A DNA stretch of 64,000 nt from Trypanosoma brucei (lineage: Eukaryota), in assembly GCA_000002445.1 (NCBI GenBank), contig CH464491.1, positions 2,784,001 to 2,848,000 of the forward strand. The letters are read 5' to 3'. Shown piece by piece: positions 11,601 to 19,341 of the stretch; the first letter of the stretch is position 1, and each line of letters starts with the position of its first letter. Made by a program: the position numbers and the translations under genes. Under the pieces are notes generated by a model. That model made no database searches. It had not been told where the DNA came from and saw only the letters and a program-made list of their open reading frames with translations.

Positions 11601-14600
11601 TTCAGAGCTTGGCTTTAGAGTGTGGAATTGCTGCTAAATATATCCATCGTCATACCGAAGCAAACAGGAAGGCATTGGAAACTCTGCGTCATGTATATGA
11701 CGGCGAATCGATATTCGAAGCTTGTAGTCACGCCAATGAAATGATGATGAAGTACCGTGAGTCTGAGGAAGACTTGCGGGCTCAACTACTGGACGTACGT
11801 TCGCAGTTGGAAGCATGTCGACACAGCATTGAGGAAAGCTTTAGTGTGTTCGCCGAGACGAGTACGTTGAATGATGCTAAAAAGGTTGAGTTTCTCCAAC
11901 AACAGTGTGCTGCCGCTGCGGCGGAATTAAGGCGTCTCAAAGATGAAGCGCGCGTAGCACAGGGCCTTCTTGCAAGCGCTGGGCACGATACCCATGACGG
12001 TGATATCTGCAGGAACCTCGCAGAGTTGTTGAAAGAAGAAGAAAAGCAGCGAGAGTGTGTGAACCTACTCCAGTCGGAGAAGAAATGCGCGCGAAAGCAG
12101 TTGCAAGAATTAGGGAACAAACTGAGAGCAACGGAAGAAATGAGGAACGCTGAACTAGAAGAGGTGCAAAACCGCAATGACACATTGCGCACACGCTTGG
12201 AGGAACAGTCGAGGCAAAACAATGAATGGTGTCAATTTGTTTCGACATGTGCCGGTGTTGTTGGATGCCCTGTGGAGAACATGCAGTTTGAAAAGAGCAA
12301 AAATAAGATACTTCAAACTTTAAGGAATGTAGCCTCTTCGCAATCCGTATGCGCTGAGGCGGGAATACTCTGCACAACCGCGCAGGAGGAACAACTGCAG
12401 TGCCATCGCGAGGGGGCGAACGCGGCCGTTGCGCGTCTGGACATGCCAGGTAGCGAAAGATACCGCTGCCAACTGCTAGAGTTTGTGGGAAGTGTCGAAG
12501 AAGTCCTTTCCGAGTTGTGTCCCGAGAAGTCTGAAAGCTTTCTAACAACCAAAGATGCTCCTTTGGAGCTCCGCGTGTGCCAGGCGGCTGGACAACTGTG
12601 TTCGGCAAAAGATACTGTGCAGGCGAACATACAAAAACTGGAGGCTGAAATTGCTTCTGCCAAGAAGAAAAACAAAGCTCAAAAAAGAGAGATGGAAGAT
12701 GCGAGGAAGGCCCTTCACAAGGAACTTGAGGTTGGCGGCCCGGCGGTTGCATCTTGTGCTCTTTCAACACTTACTGAAGGCATTCGAAAAAAACTCCGTG
12801 AGACGCTTGACGAAAATCGAAAACTGGGAACGGCCTTGGAGGAGCTACGCATCGATAATGCGCAACTGGAGAGGACTCTAAGGTGTGTGGAACAACAACT
12901 CTCTGAGACGCATACGCAACTACAGTGCATCACAGAGTCAAATGGTGAATGCAGAGGTCAAAATGCCACCCTGCAGGAGAGAGTTGACCCGCTTACTGAA
13001 CCTACTGAAGAGGCTTCCAGGAAGTTCAGGAGCCCAACTCAGTCACCCGACATTGATGCTGATGCCGCCGGCCTTGCGCAAGTTCACGAAGTTTGCTTCG
13101 GTAGGGGGCCGAGCATACAACACCGCAGTGAGGAACCACGGGAGTTTGAGGATAATCTAAGGGGTAACTGCCGCAGTGATGCCGCTGCTGTGATGGACGT
13201 AGGTGTAGCGCCGAAAGAACAGCGTTCACTCCTGGAGAGGCTGCAGCAGGTGACCAAGGAACGCGACGTCTTGACATTGGAATCGGAAAAACTCGTTGAA
13301 CGTGTGCAGAGTGTGCTTTATGAGCACTTGAACGTCCAGCAGGAATTACTTTCCTATTGTAGTAACGCAAATGAAAATGAGTTGGGGGAAAGCGACACAA
13401 CCGTGGGGGATATTGTCCAGCTTTGCGTTGAGCGTCTGGAGCACTACCTCTCTGAAACAAAGACGCTGAGGGAAGACGCTACCTCCGCAAAACTAGAAAG
13501 CGCACGGATGGCAGAAGAGGTGGCTGCACTACGGGGTCGCATCAAACACCTCCAGGACGACAACCACGTAGCGGAACGGGACTCACTCAGGCAAAATGCA
13601 GAATTCGAGAGTCTGTCACGTCAGCTGCAGGCGTTCTTTAACGATGCATTGCACATGGCAGTCAATGACCTGCGACTCCGCTTGCCACCTGTCACAGACA
13701 CAAGCGCCATCGGGGCACTCTACGGTCTCCAGTCTCTTTTCGACTGCATGCTAAGTAAATGTCGTGATTCTATTGCTTTCGATGAAGAAAAGCTAAATTG
13801 CAGACTGAACGAACTGAAAGGAAAGCATGCGAAGGATTTAAAGAGTTTGCATCGCGTTTTTTGCGCCCACGTGACGACGTACACGGACGACCCAAATGAC
13901 GAGGACTCTGCTCGTAGCGAAGGTGACGGCAGCAGTCCCGTCAATTTGCCCACCACCGACAGGCTCAGCGGAGGGCTCACACCAGAACATATTGTTGCTG
14001 CGGGAGACGCACTGCATCACGTGCACAGCAACGTTTGTCACATTGTATGGGCATGTATACGACATGCGGAGAGGGCGCCCCCTCCTTCATTACATACAAT
14101 GGGCCTACCCGCGCTAACAGCACTTTTAGGGGAGGTTGTCGTTGCCTCACTAGAGCGGGCGGAGCTGCTGCAAGGGGCGATGGTGGCTGGGTCGAGGGCA
14201 CTTGGAATTCTTCCAGTGGACCCTTCTTTAAACCAGCAGCACATGGAGGAATGGTTAGAATGTTTTACCTCAGAAATTCAGCGCGTTCAGCGAAGCGGTG
14301 AAGGTTGTGAGCTCTTGCTTAATCATTTAGAGATTCTCCTACAAGACCACGGGATCAGCGTCGGAGAGTTAGTCAGCAACAGCCGCAGCCAAAGCACACT
14401 CAGTAATGTTGGTCGACTTTCACAAGACAACCAACTTGGCTCACCCCGTGGTCCCAGCAGCAGCGTGGCGGTGCAGGATGTCATGGAGTTTCGCTCTCGT
14501 GCACTGCTCGGTGCGTTGCGCGACCTTATTGCACAATTTGAGCACCGCTACAGCACACTGACGTCCGAGTGGCAGGCACTAACAGATCAAAACAACCGGC

Positions 14601-14905
14601 TCAAGACTTCACAGCAGGCAAATGAGGAGGAGTTTGCACGCGTCCAGGAGCAAATGCAAGAGCTGCGGCATGCTGTAAGAAAGAAGGTTGAAGACGACCG
14701 CAAAGTGGAGCAGAGCTTACGTGATCTAGACAACCATCTCGACATGCAAGCAAGGGAGCTTGCCATGAAGTATCGTGCAGACCAAGAGGCGATTTCCAGG
14801 CAGTTTGCAGAGTTGCGTGGGTCGATTCGCAGGGTGGTAATACCAACACAAGAGCAGTTGGGGACGCCGTCTCCGAAATACGATTTCGTGTACCCTAGGG
14901 AATAA
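2654..14905 (+). CDS. Giant (4083 aa) coiled-coil repeat protein with an N-terminal globular region. Function unknown (cytoskeletal/flagellar-type giant protein by inference).
   Basis: This is a single uninterrupted 12.25-kb ORF. It is heptad-rich and Glu/Leu/Ala/Arg/Gln-rich. It contains about 4.4 near-identical 504-nt (168 aa) tandem units at nt 5546-7785 and an additional copy at 8578-8917. A second 462-nt repeat family lies at 7786-8570. An alternative start exists at 2681 (MDLYNS). Confidence 0.8.
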   Translation: MPFAPQGPVMDLYNSDEGDLLAIRSEMWMCADSEKMFKVGAGRGSKNIVSIENGHFFVYSTCGKQSRLIKDVPFHSVKRTASFVHDPKVSGASTVSGMQTAASSSSSSARSRDRRADVQVPPYYYLVLEFVRDKTVAESTNLAKREHVVLCTDNVQDFQYWQQFVGRYKCQLNRTQRPDESVVGGRRSGKGCVKSASHKECDDSGSDETNLDISTLTMKLDELQEWKRIAVDLADAVASSGAFPNCRRESLSNTEPNVEFSLKYVEKLLGELRKGVDCRLNTLNETQPPLPLVKDLKQQLELWNSLYDRTFSDDRTSEARGLFTKERQQVRVQRMENIIARERTEGCTKLSPVVSRRELVTSPEEWLQLPCLSTLSDADSAQNLVGGQREGGVLDGSAITLLSSSTVHADAPQEVWQRERNLSSANEGDMFAELRAAHRNLGLRSAPQHEFHQLEREKKNTERLAREGLRAYTEATIVLLQACYSEYVTVVECVLSAISGGVDTRGERRLVTAYAHLQTVAALDEARRAATAKQTLLENLVNELKDLQKTRDEEINALRKTFFRAKDGWESDLAVLQTKLRTLQNTMTQTTVVVPSDTVSFPPLERALCGGESSQELGRDSGEDKVSNTKIESVDKASYDECDEADSDESIRRWATRLTCSHGEQRGHIIAFRLERFFHWTLENVVPLCSGADTNCLLELVMRALSNHITLLQAAGEVFGTQDVKVSVDDNGVRESRDLCSSIRDLHTQHSTLKHLVGKYIALTENEEDSPVLRCDELEKQLQLHQFNTATLDHINSLLGTDNMTIKRRIQDMIQNEEQLLRIQEITGSKREICTVQHVRQKHEELRQMSELINRLDQSRMHQEKDLTTQNYEAFTQMNTSVKKAEEIIENTTKKYNELQLRIDFDKIEFNERLQIVHEYYNEHPQHYHNNKINKQIEELNEIIEKQQNLIGHQDKKEKKTERNSSTRAQCLQGIESALAVLGTTEAEMPLASAIQRAAEEAKVREDTLKQELDEAMGRETALEEQLRNLSQATIALQGTLYGGEMPTGNDGSALDVGHAAMSALERMREDAAKASGVMTAAMQEGEMSVPLLAKCHHMAETTNALRDSEKHYRALVGEDVKKDSGSTGTDDSSTRAQCLQGIESALAVLGTTEAEMPLASAIQRAAEEAKVREDTLKQELDEAMGRETALEEQLRNLSQATIALQGTLYGGEMPTGNDGSALDVGHAAMSALERMREDAAKASGVMTAAMQEGEMSVPLLAKCHHMAETTNALRDSEKHYRALVGEDVKKDSGSTGTDDSSTRAQCLQGIESALAVLGTTEAEMPLASAIQRAAEEAKVREDTLKQELDEAMGRETALEEQLRNLSQATIALQGTLYGGEMPTGNDGSALDVGHAAMSALERMREDAAKASGVMTAAMQEGEMSVPLLAKCHHMAETTNALRDSEKHYRALVGEDVKKDSGSTGTDDSSTRAQCLQGIESALAVLGTTEAEMPLASAIQRAAEEAKVREDTLKQELDEAMGRETALEEQLRNLSQATIALQGTLYGGEMPTGNDGSALDVGHAAMSALERMREDAAKASGVMTAAMQEGEMSVPLLAKCHHMAETTNALRDSEKHYRALVGEDVKKDSGSTGTDDSSTRAQCLQGIESALAVLGTTEAEMPLASAIQRAAEEAKVREDTLRQELDEAMGRETALEEQLRNLSQATIALQGTVCEDGADVSCDISTFDLCSVAFLSLGVIESAFECSISREVSLKKQVEEAHKREVALRSRLKSLASAATAVQSTLDGNASPERVSPKESSICSGDEVDGDDAFVDPFVAVQRAAEESKACRNALEEKLKEGAARIDAVEGRLLQLSRSIICLHSKLFDAEIGGNGEERAVELSELALVAADAIENAFECSISREVSLKKKVEEAHKREVALKTRLKCLVGAATAVQCTLEGGNYSCTADDPLSLSGCDMSASTNLDDSVLGSVAAIQRAAEEAKVREDTLKQELDEAMGRETALEEQLRNLSQATIALQGTLYGGEMPTGNDGSALDVGHAAMSALERMREDAAKASGVMTAAMQEGEMSVPLLAKCHHMAETTNALNENDRELRMMSRNLSFQLSVAMLFLEEAEERLTHVVRYGWVPAKVVSAALCGWLVLCCAGDLFHCSSGDTISTLVDVRKELDDLRKLCGSQNAFDHGEVANVSRSECLLAIKRSVASLCADGAADPSLPLPTQLQKCVQSTVDEMYRLRDDADSALSENVRLKRDLQMVVGGCETSLEYLGSACGSSLCPALSPRSGVAAVSNLVVMTARIASEKLSSLRSVCEECNSVIERARRREERSHSRESSPASHRVEDGAEALLVERCKELVSELLVLRTDRRTSTAAIDQRLMESELMVTSVRNAIENLRTSLDIDVPIGTPALDLVRTSGSCGEAVEGAISEKRQVSATGPSLAELDTSIRTQLELCVLAVIRQLREKDRVISAAATLLGDALRSCSSAIRDEVTTDSLLAVASGTAHSLHSLFSELQSVRASLKQSQHHTEELRTRLEGGETTQLATLEAQTESVATAERLLNEALQRQVAASAQTARLQRTLMDFAGSIAASTLYADDAGDRVDKTGDVGASVSVVEERWLDGIVRHVAQRMQESESLKGKLKLVTSELESVRIRMTATEVAAREAELNAQSVEVGNLTRIAEATARVELLRNALSERSVELQKMHQRVERHEKQVETLKAEISNDARSFDNERCSLLRAQSTLLAENTLKQQQLDELRQKLWEGEKSLHEFLHNSRVVSLVDATNKIRSLSANAVCGVLMLDEMERRSEILQSYILSFPTQESTLLSVCACIASTLSEREVQRLPDSVHRLNQRVQKYKHLLGNPTKVPGPTRAVAVLALQKLAETVELAESVSSTSFVSNLIAAVADFRTRYLIANERIAKLEKEVNSGGTLMEMCDRRVWEMVKLLRQANSVGGLHSGSQEGPRGECQTDVVDFSVAQLDALQSLALECGIAAKYIHRHTEANRKALETLRHVYDGESIFEACSHANEMMMKYRESEEDLRAQLLDVRSQLEACRHSIEESFSVFAETSTLNDAKKVEFLQQQCAAAAAELRRLKDEARVAQGLLASAGHDTHDGDICRNLAELLKEEEKQRECVNLLQSEKKCARKQLQELGNKLRATEEMRNAELEEVQNRNDTLRTRLEEQSRQNNEWCQFVSTCAGVVGCPVENMQFEKSKNKILQTLRNVASSQSVCAEAGILCTTAQEEQLQCHREGANAAVARLDMPGSERYRCQLLEFVGSVEEVLSELCPEKSESFLTTKDAPLELRVCQAAGQLCSAKDTVQANIQKLEAEIASAKKKNKAQKREMEDARKALHKELEVGGPAVASCALSTLTEGIRKKLRETLDENRKLGTALEELRIDNAQLERTLRCVEQQLSETHTQLQCITESNGECRGQNATLQERVDPLTEPTEEASRKFRSPTQSPDIDADAAGLAQVHEVCFGRGPSIQHRSEEPREFEDNLRGNCRSDAAAVMDVGVAPKEQRSLLERLQQVTKERDVLTLESEKLVERVQSVLYEHLNVQQELLSYCSNANENELGESDTTVGDIVQLCVERLEHYLSETKTLREDATSAKLESARMAEEVAALRGRIKHLQDDNHVAERDSLRQNAEFESLSRQLQAFFNDALHMAVNDLRLRLPPVTDTSAIGALYGLQSLFDCMLSKCRDSIAFDEEKLNCRLNELKGKHAKDLKSLHRVFCAHVTTYTDDPNDEDSARSEGDGSSPVNLPTTDRLSGGLTPEHIVAAGDALHHVHSNVCHIVWACIRHAERAPPPSLHTMGLPALTALLGEVVVASLERAELLQGAMVAGSRALGILPVDPSLNQQHMEEWLECFTSEIQRVQRSGEGCELLLNHLEILLQDHGISVGELVSNSRSQSTLSNVGRLSQDNQLGSPRGPSSSVAVQDVMEFRSRALLGALRDLIAQFEHRYSTLTSEWQALTDQNNRLKTSQQANEEEFARVQEQMQELRHAVRKKVEDDRKVEQSLRDLDNHLDMQARELAMKYRADQEAISRQFAELRGSIRRVVIPTQEQLGTPSPKYDFVYPRE
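5546..7785 (+). repeat. In-frame tandem repeat array, 504-nt unit x ~4.4, >99% nucleotide identity between copies.
   Basis: The string tcatctacacgtgcccagtgcctacaagg recurs at 5546, 6050, 6554, 7058 and 7562, an exact 504-nt period. I saw only two differences between copies: a synonymous T/C at about 5940, and AAG to AGG (K to R) at about 7697 in the last unit. Confidence 0.95.
7786..8570 (+). repeat. Second, more divergent in-frame repeat family (about 462-nt unit, 2 copies) inside the giant ORF.
   Basis: The motif ESAFECSISREVSLKKQVEEAHKREVALRSRLKSLASAATAVQSTLDG is repeated as ENAFECSISREVSLKKKVEEAHKREVALKTRLKCLVGAATAVQCTLEGG. The anchor gcttttgagtgttcaatatctcgtgaagt occurs at about 7881 and about 8343. 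Confidence 0.85.
8578..8917 (+). repeat. Dispersed extra copy (about 340 nt) of the 504-nt repeat unit, separated from the main array by the second repeat family.
   Basis: AAIQRAAEEAKVREDTLKQELDEAMGRETALEEQLRNLSQATIALQGTLYGGEMPTGNDGSALDVGHAAMSALERMREDAAKASGVMTAAMQEGEMSVPLLAKCHHMAETTNAL is identical to the core of the unit at 5546-7785. Confidence 0.9.
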
Positions 14906-15179
14906 TTGTGTACACATATATGTGTGTTTCCAAGCTTGTTAGCTCGCTGAGTTTGGTTTTTTTAAAAAAAAAAGAGCTCGGCGTTTGACGATTGTGCAAT
15001 TAGGTGGGAAATCTAGCAGAAGAAAGGAGGAAAGAACGGTGCAGAGTGGTCACGACGTGAGGAAAATTGAAGATCTTGTGACAGACACGGGTGTGGCCGC
15101 TTTTCTATGAAAAGGAAAAACATACACAATGTCGTCTTGTGGCCGATGGTATTGTTTACTATCTGACTTTTATTATATT

Positions 15180-15330
15180 TGGCCTTTTTCTAAATAATTT
15201 CTTTATCCTCTTACTTCGTTCCCCTCCTCATTTTCCAGACGTGAATTCCTCCAAACGGTCCTATAACATCACTTTATCCTTTATGCTTCTCTTTTGTTTT
15301 TTTGGTTCAGTTTCTTGTAGCCTCACTGGG
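15180..15330 (+). promoter_or_regulatory. Extended polypyrimidine region between the giant ORF and the GH65 gene; likely carries polyadenylation and trans-splicing signals.
   Basis: tttattatatttggcctttttctaaataatttctttatcctcttacttcgttcccctcctcattttccag... is pyrimidine-rich with AG dinucleotides downstream. Confidence 0.35.
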
Positions 15331-15717
15331 TGAAAGCGGGTTGTGGTTAACGAGAAAAAGCAAGCAGATAAGGGTTACCTGCAAAAACTGTTGGATCCTC
15401 TTGGGGGATCGAAGTGAGTACGTCGCCCTTTAGCGCAAGCGGGGCAAACTGGGAGGGTGAAGGAAAAAAACACGGGTGCGCACAAACGGAGTTGTCTTGT
15501 TGTAGTTCAGTCGTGCTTCCGCAGATACGGTTGTAATTCCTAGGGGTTGCAAACCGAGAGAAAACGGGGACTACGCCGGCCAAGGCGTGGATATTAAAGA
15601 GCGGCAAACCATTGATCACATATCCATACCGGTTAGCTATCCCCTTCCTATACATACATACACGCAAACACACTCCGCTTGCATATATAGACATCATACG
15701 CTAAGGTGTAACTGGTC

Positions 15718-18700
15718 TTGATTCTACCGGTGCAAGTCACTATGTCGTCCCGCGATTTGAGGGGTCGGGCGTGTTCAAATTCAACTGCGGCTAGTGCTTC
15801 GCGACTGCTCTGTCTGCCATGGGAACTCGTTGAAGTTGAGCTTCCGAAAGAAATGGATGTTCCGGTAAGTGAATCACTATTTTCTGTTGGAAACGGACGT
15901 GTAACCGTCCGGGGATATACGGAGGAGTCACTCGTTGCGCCCCCGTATTCGAGGGGTACAAACTCTCACGATATAGCCATCCGTAGTCCTGTAGTTTCCT
16001 TGTACGGTGGTATTGGCAATGATGTCATCAAGGTGGGGAACAGGAGTTTGAGCAACAGTCATCTCCTTGGAAACCCATCTTCACCCGTTAGGTGTGACTC
16101 GTTACCCACCGAGGGGCACCCGACCGCCTCCAAAGAATGGAAGCCCCCTGAACGAACCCTGCGTGGGACTTACGTCAACGGGATCTGCGAGGAGCTTCTG
16201 TTAACCCATCATCAGCAGCAAAGGGCATTCACTGTTGGAACTTGTGCTCGTGAGTCATTTCTTGTATGTGCGCCGGATGCCTTTTGCATCGACGTTTTTG
16301 TCGGAGGTGAGCACGTGAATTCAGAAACAGGGATCATACTTTCGCACAGACGCACGTTAGATTATCACACGGGTGAGCTTCGTCGGCACCTGGTGTGGCA
16401 ATCCAGGAGTAATGGGCACGAGGTGACCATTGAGTCTTCAAGAATTGTTTCCCTAACACGGAGGAGCATCGCAGCAGTTAAATATTCTGTTAGTGCCAAG
16501 AACGTCTCCAATACGAATATCCGCATCGTATCTCGTACCATTGTTCCTTCGGGTGTGCGACAACACCTTAAGATTGAAAATGTTATGACTAGGCGCACTC
16601 TGCATGACGCTTCGACAGCGGTGCTTGTGCGCACACGAAATAGTTGCAAGCGGTTAGTGGTGGCTGAGTTTGAGGCTTGTCGTAGCACGCACTACGAGCT
16701 CATTAACACACAGAGTGTGCCGACGTTTTCAACTGTTACAAGTGCAGTAGGAGCACATGGTGCTAACACTCCACCGTGCGCCGTAGCAGCAGATGCGTCT
16801 TTAGCTGCAGGCCGGACACCATTGGCTTCGCCTAAGCCGATGGCACAACCACAGCCGCAACCAACACCATCCTTGACCTTCCTCGCACCGAAATGTTCTG
16901 AGATACGAAACGGCGCAGAAACCATCTACACCAGCGTAATACGTGAGTCTACACGGTTTGAGCTTACCAAATACATTGCCTTCCTAGTTGACGAGGATGC
17001 AGCACCGGAGGATATTTGTGACCTGGGAATGCACCGTGCTCGAGAAGCGGCTGCTGTCACCTACGAGGCCATCTGTCGCGAACAGTTGGACGTTTTGTCA
17101 AATTTCTGGGAGAGAGGGAATGTACATATCAAAGCCAGTGGTCCGTCGCTTGAAAGTGCGGTGAGATTTAACATGCTGCACCTTCTTATGTCGTCGGGAG
17201 GGTTACAAATGCAAAGTCACCCGTCGCGTGGTTTTATGAGTCAGCTGCAGGGAGGCATGCACCAGTGGGATGTAGACGCGTTTATCGTTCCTTTTTTCTC
17301 ACATGTGCGCCCCGAAGTCGCACGCGGGTTGTTGCAGTTTCGTATTGACACGCTGCCGCAAGCGAGAAGCCTTGCGGCGGACGTTGATCTTCCACGAGGT
17401 GCACTATACCCACAGAGGACTGTGAACGGTTTGGAAAGCAATCCTCCGCCGTTCTGCGCGGCCTTCCTGTTTACAAATGCGGTTGTTGCGTACGGTATGA
17501 AGCAGTATATTACTGCCACAAATGATTTCTCCATTCTACCGCAAGGTGGTGCTGATGTTCTCTTTTCTACTGCGCTCATTTGGCTTATATGGGGTACGTG
17601 GGATAAAGCAGAGTTCCACGTTAGATCTGTGGGGGGACCCGATGATTACAGCTGTCTCGGTGATAATAATTACTTTACAAATCTCATGGCAAAGTTTCAC
17701 ATGCAGTGGGCGGTGCAAATAGCCGCATCGATGCAAAGAGACTATCCTAACGAATGGGAAGGCGTGAAGGAGAGATGCCAACTAACTGATGATGACCTTG
17801 CAATGATGGACAAGGCCGCTGCAAAGGTGGTACTAGTTTTCGATGCCAAAAATCGTGTGCACCCTGTTGATCAGTTATTCATGAGGAAGAAAAAGTGGAA
17901 ATTTGATGAACTGAAGAAGAAGAAAAGTCTTCTATTTCGTACGTTTGACCCTTCTGTTGTTTACCGACATCAGGTATGTCGCATTCCCGACGTGGTTCTT
18001 GCCTCGCTTTTATTGCCGGAAAAGTGCACAAAAGACGAGGTGCGTGCCAACTACAATTTCTATGAGCCTATCACCACAAGCGATTGCTCGCTTACCTCGA
18101 TGATATTTAGTATCATTGCAATACAACTTGATATGTTGGACAAGGGAATGCACTATTTCCACCAGGCTCTCTTCAACGATATTGAAAATGCGCTCGGTAA
18201 TACAGCCCGCGGCATCCACTGCAGCTCCGCGGCGGGATCTTGGTGGTGTTTGACCGTTGGATTCGGTGGAATGAGGGTAGTTGATGACACACTGCACTTT
18301 AACCCTGTTCTCCCTGACGCGTGGGAGGAGTACCAGTTTTTTGTGCGCCATCACGGTTGCCTTATCAAGGTGCTTATTACTCGCAGGATGGTCACATATA
18401 CGGCTGTGGAGGGGTGCTTCGACAGGTGCGGTTTGCCGATTTATCATACGGAGATCAACACCATCCACCTGAAGGAAGGCATGTCTGAATCCGTGAGGCT
18501 TTACCGCGATGTTCGCGTATTTGACTTCGACTGTGTGGTGTTTAATCTTGACAGTTTGATCGAGGACCTGGAGGACCATCACTACCGCGCATGGAAGCAA
18601 ACCCTCGAGAAATACCTTCACGAAATGGGGCAAACTTCATTTGTGCTTACAGAGGACATATATCTTGCATACCTCAAGAATGGAAATTCGTTCACATCAT

Positions 18701-19341
18701 CTCAACGCCTTCTTGCGAAGAACGGCATTACAAACATCCCTCCTGGTTGCCCAGATGATACCGTTGAGACGGACACAGTATATGGGTTGCTGCAGCGCAA
18801 GCGGCATAACTTCCGCGTTCAGATTCGGGAGGAGGGGCTCAAAGTAAAAAAAGGGGCGCTGCACCTCATGGCGGAGCTCCGACAGAACGGCATTTCCATT
18901 GGTTGTGTGACAGACAGTAAAAGTGGTCAGTGGATGCTGCGAAGGGTGCCACAAGTTATGTGCCTAATCGACCGCTGCATTGATGGAAGTGATGGGGAAG
19001 TTCTTTCCCTCTGCTGGCGCCCGGAGGTGGACTACTTCTGCTCTCTGTGCAAACAACTCAATACCAGCTTCGAACGGACTATCGTTATTATGCGTGGGAT
19101 TGGGGGGTTCTCGAAAAGCGCACTGGAACAGTTCAAATTAGTTGTGGACGTGCAGCGCGATGCGGAGTATGTGCCGGGTGGAGTGCATCCTGTGAATGTG
19201 CCGTGCATGAGCGTGTTAACACTCGGCAAGTTGGATGAGTATGCCTCGAAAAGGAAATTAGTTGCCGTAGCGGGGGATGCCGATAGGCCCGCCACCGCAC
19301 CAAATAATATGGAGGGCGCTCCACCGGACCAGTTGGAATGA
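15718..19341 (+). CDS. Glycoside hydrolase family 65 (maltose/trehalose/kojibiose-phosphorylase-like) fused to a C-terminal HAD-superfamily (beta-phosphoglucomutase-like) domain.
   Basis: The N-terminal motif ESLFSVGNGRVTVRGYTEE resembles the GH65 N-domain signature ESLFxxxNGYLGxRG. The central motif LESAVRFNMLHLLMS resembles the GH65 catalytic-domain motif xIRFNLFHLLQ. The C-terminal 250 aa carry the HAD motif-I-like FDFDCVVFNLDSL (DxDG-type). An alternative start lies at 15742 (MSSRDL). Confidence 0.8.
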   Translation: MILPVQVTMSSRDLRGRACSNSTAASASRLLCLPWELVEVELPKEMDVPVSESLFSVGNGRVTVRGYTEESLVAPPYSRGTNSHDIAIRSPVVSLYGGIGNDVIKVGNRSLSNSHLLGNPSSPVRCDSLPTEGHPTASKEWKPPERTLRGTYVNGICEELLLTHHQQQRAFTVGTCARESFLVCAPDAFCIDVFVGGEHVNSETGIILSHRRTLDYHTGELRRHLVWQSRSNGHEVTIESSRIVSLTRRSIAAVKYSVSAKNVSNTNIRIVSRTIVPSGVRQHLKIENVMTRRTLHDASTAVLVRTRNSCKRLVVAEFEACRSTHYELINTQSVPTFSTVTSAVGAHGANTPPCAVAADASLAAGRTPLASPKPMAQPQPQPTPSLTFLAPKCSEIRNGAETIYTSVIRESTRFELTKYIAFLVDEDAAPEDICDLGMHRAREAAAVTYEAICREQLDVLSNFWERGNVHIKASGPSLESAVRFNMLHLLMSSGGLQMQSHPSRGFMSQLQGGMHQWDVDAFIVPFFSHVRPEVARGLLQFRIDTLPQARSLAADVDLPRGALYPQRTVNGLESNPPPFCAAFLFTNAVVAYGMKQYITATNDFSILPQGGADVLFSTALIWLIWGTWDKAEFHVRSVGGPDDYSCLGDNNYFTNLMAKFHMQWAVQIAASMQRDYPNEWEGVKERCQLTDDDLAMMDKAAAKVVLVFDAKNRVHPVDQLFMRKKKWKFDELKKKKSLLFRTFDPSVVYRHQVCRIPDVVLASLLLPEKCTKDEVRANYNFYEPITTSDCSLTSMIFSIIAIQLDMLDKGMHYFHQALFNDIENALGNTARGIHCSSAAGSWWCLTVGFGGMRVVDDTLHFNPVLPDAWEEYQFFVRHHGCLIKVLITRRMVTYTAVEGCFDRCGLPIYHTEINTIHLKEGMSESVRLYRDVRVFDFDCVVFNLDSLIEDLEDHHYRAWKQTLEKYLHEMGQTSFVLTEDIYLAYLKNGNSFTSSQRLLAKNGITNIPPGCPDDTVETDTVYGLLQRKRHNFRVQIREEGLKVKKGALHLMAELRQNGISIGCVTDSKSGQWMLRRVPQVMCLIDRCIDGSDGEVLSLCWRPEVDYFCSLCKQLNTSFERTIVIMRGIGGFSKSALEQFKLVVDVQRDAEYVPGGVHPVNVPCMSVLTLGKLDEYASKRKLVAVAGDADRPATAPNNMEGAPPDQLE

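Noticed and set aside
9637-12770. Long minus-strand ORFs inside the giant gene (for example 9637-10110, 11089-11505, 11937-12770).
   Set aside because: They are antisense to a compositionally biased coiled-coil coding region, which often opens long ORFs on the opposite strand. Their amino-acid composition is Ser/Cys/Arg-rich junk, and no other gene in the unit is on the minus strand.
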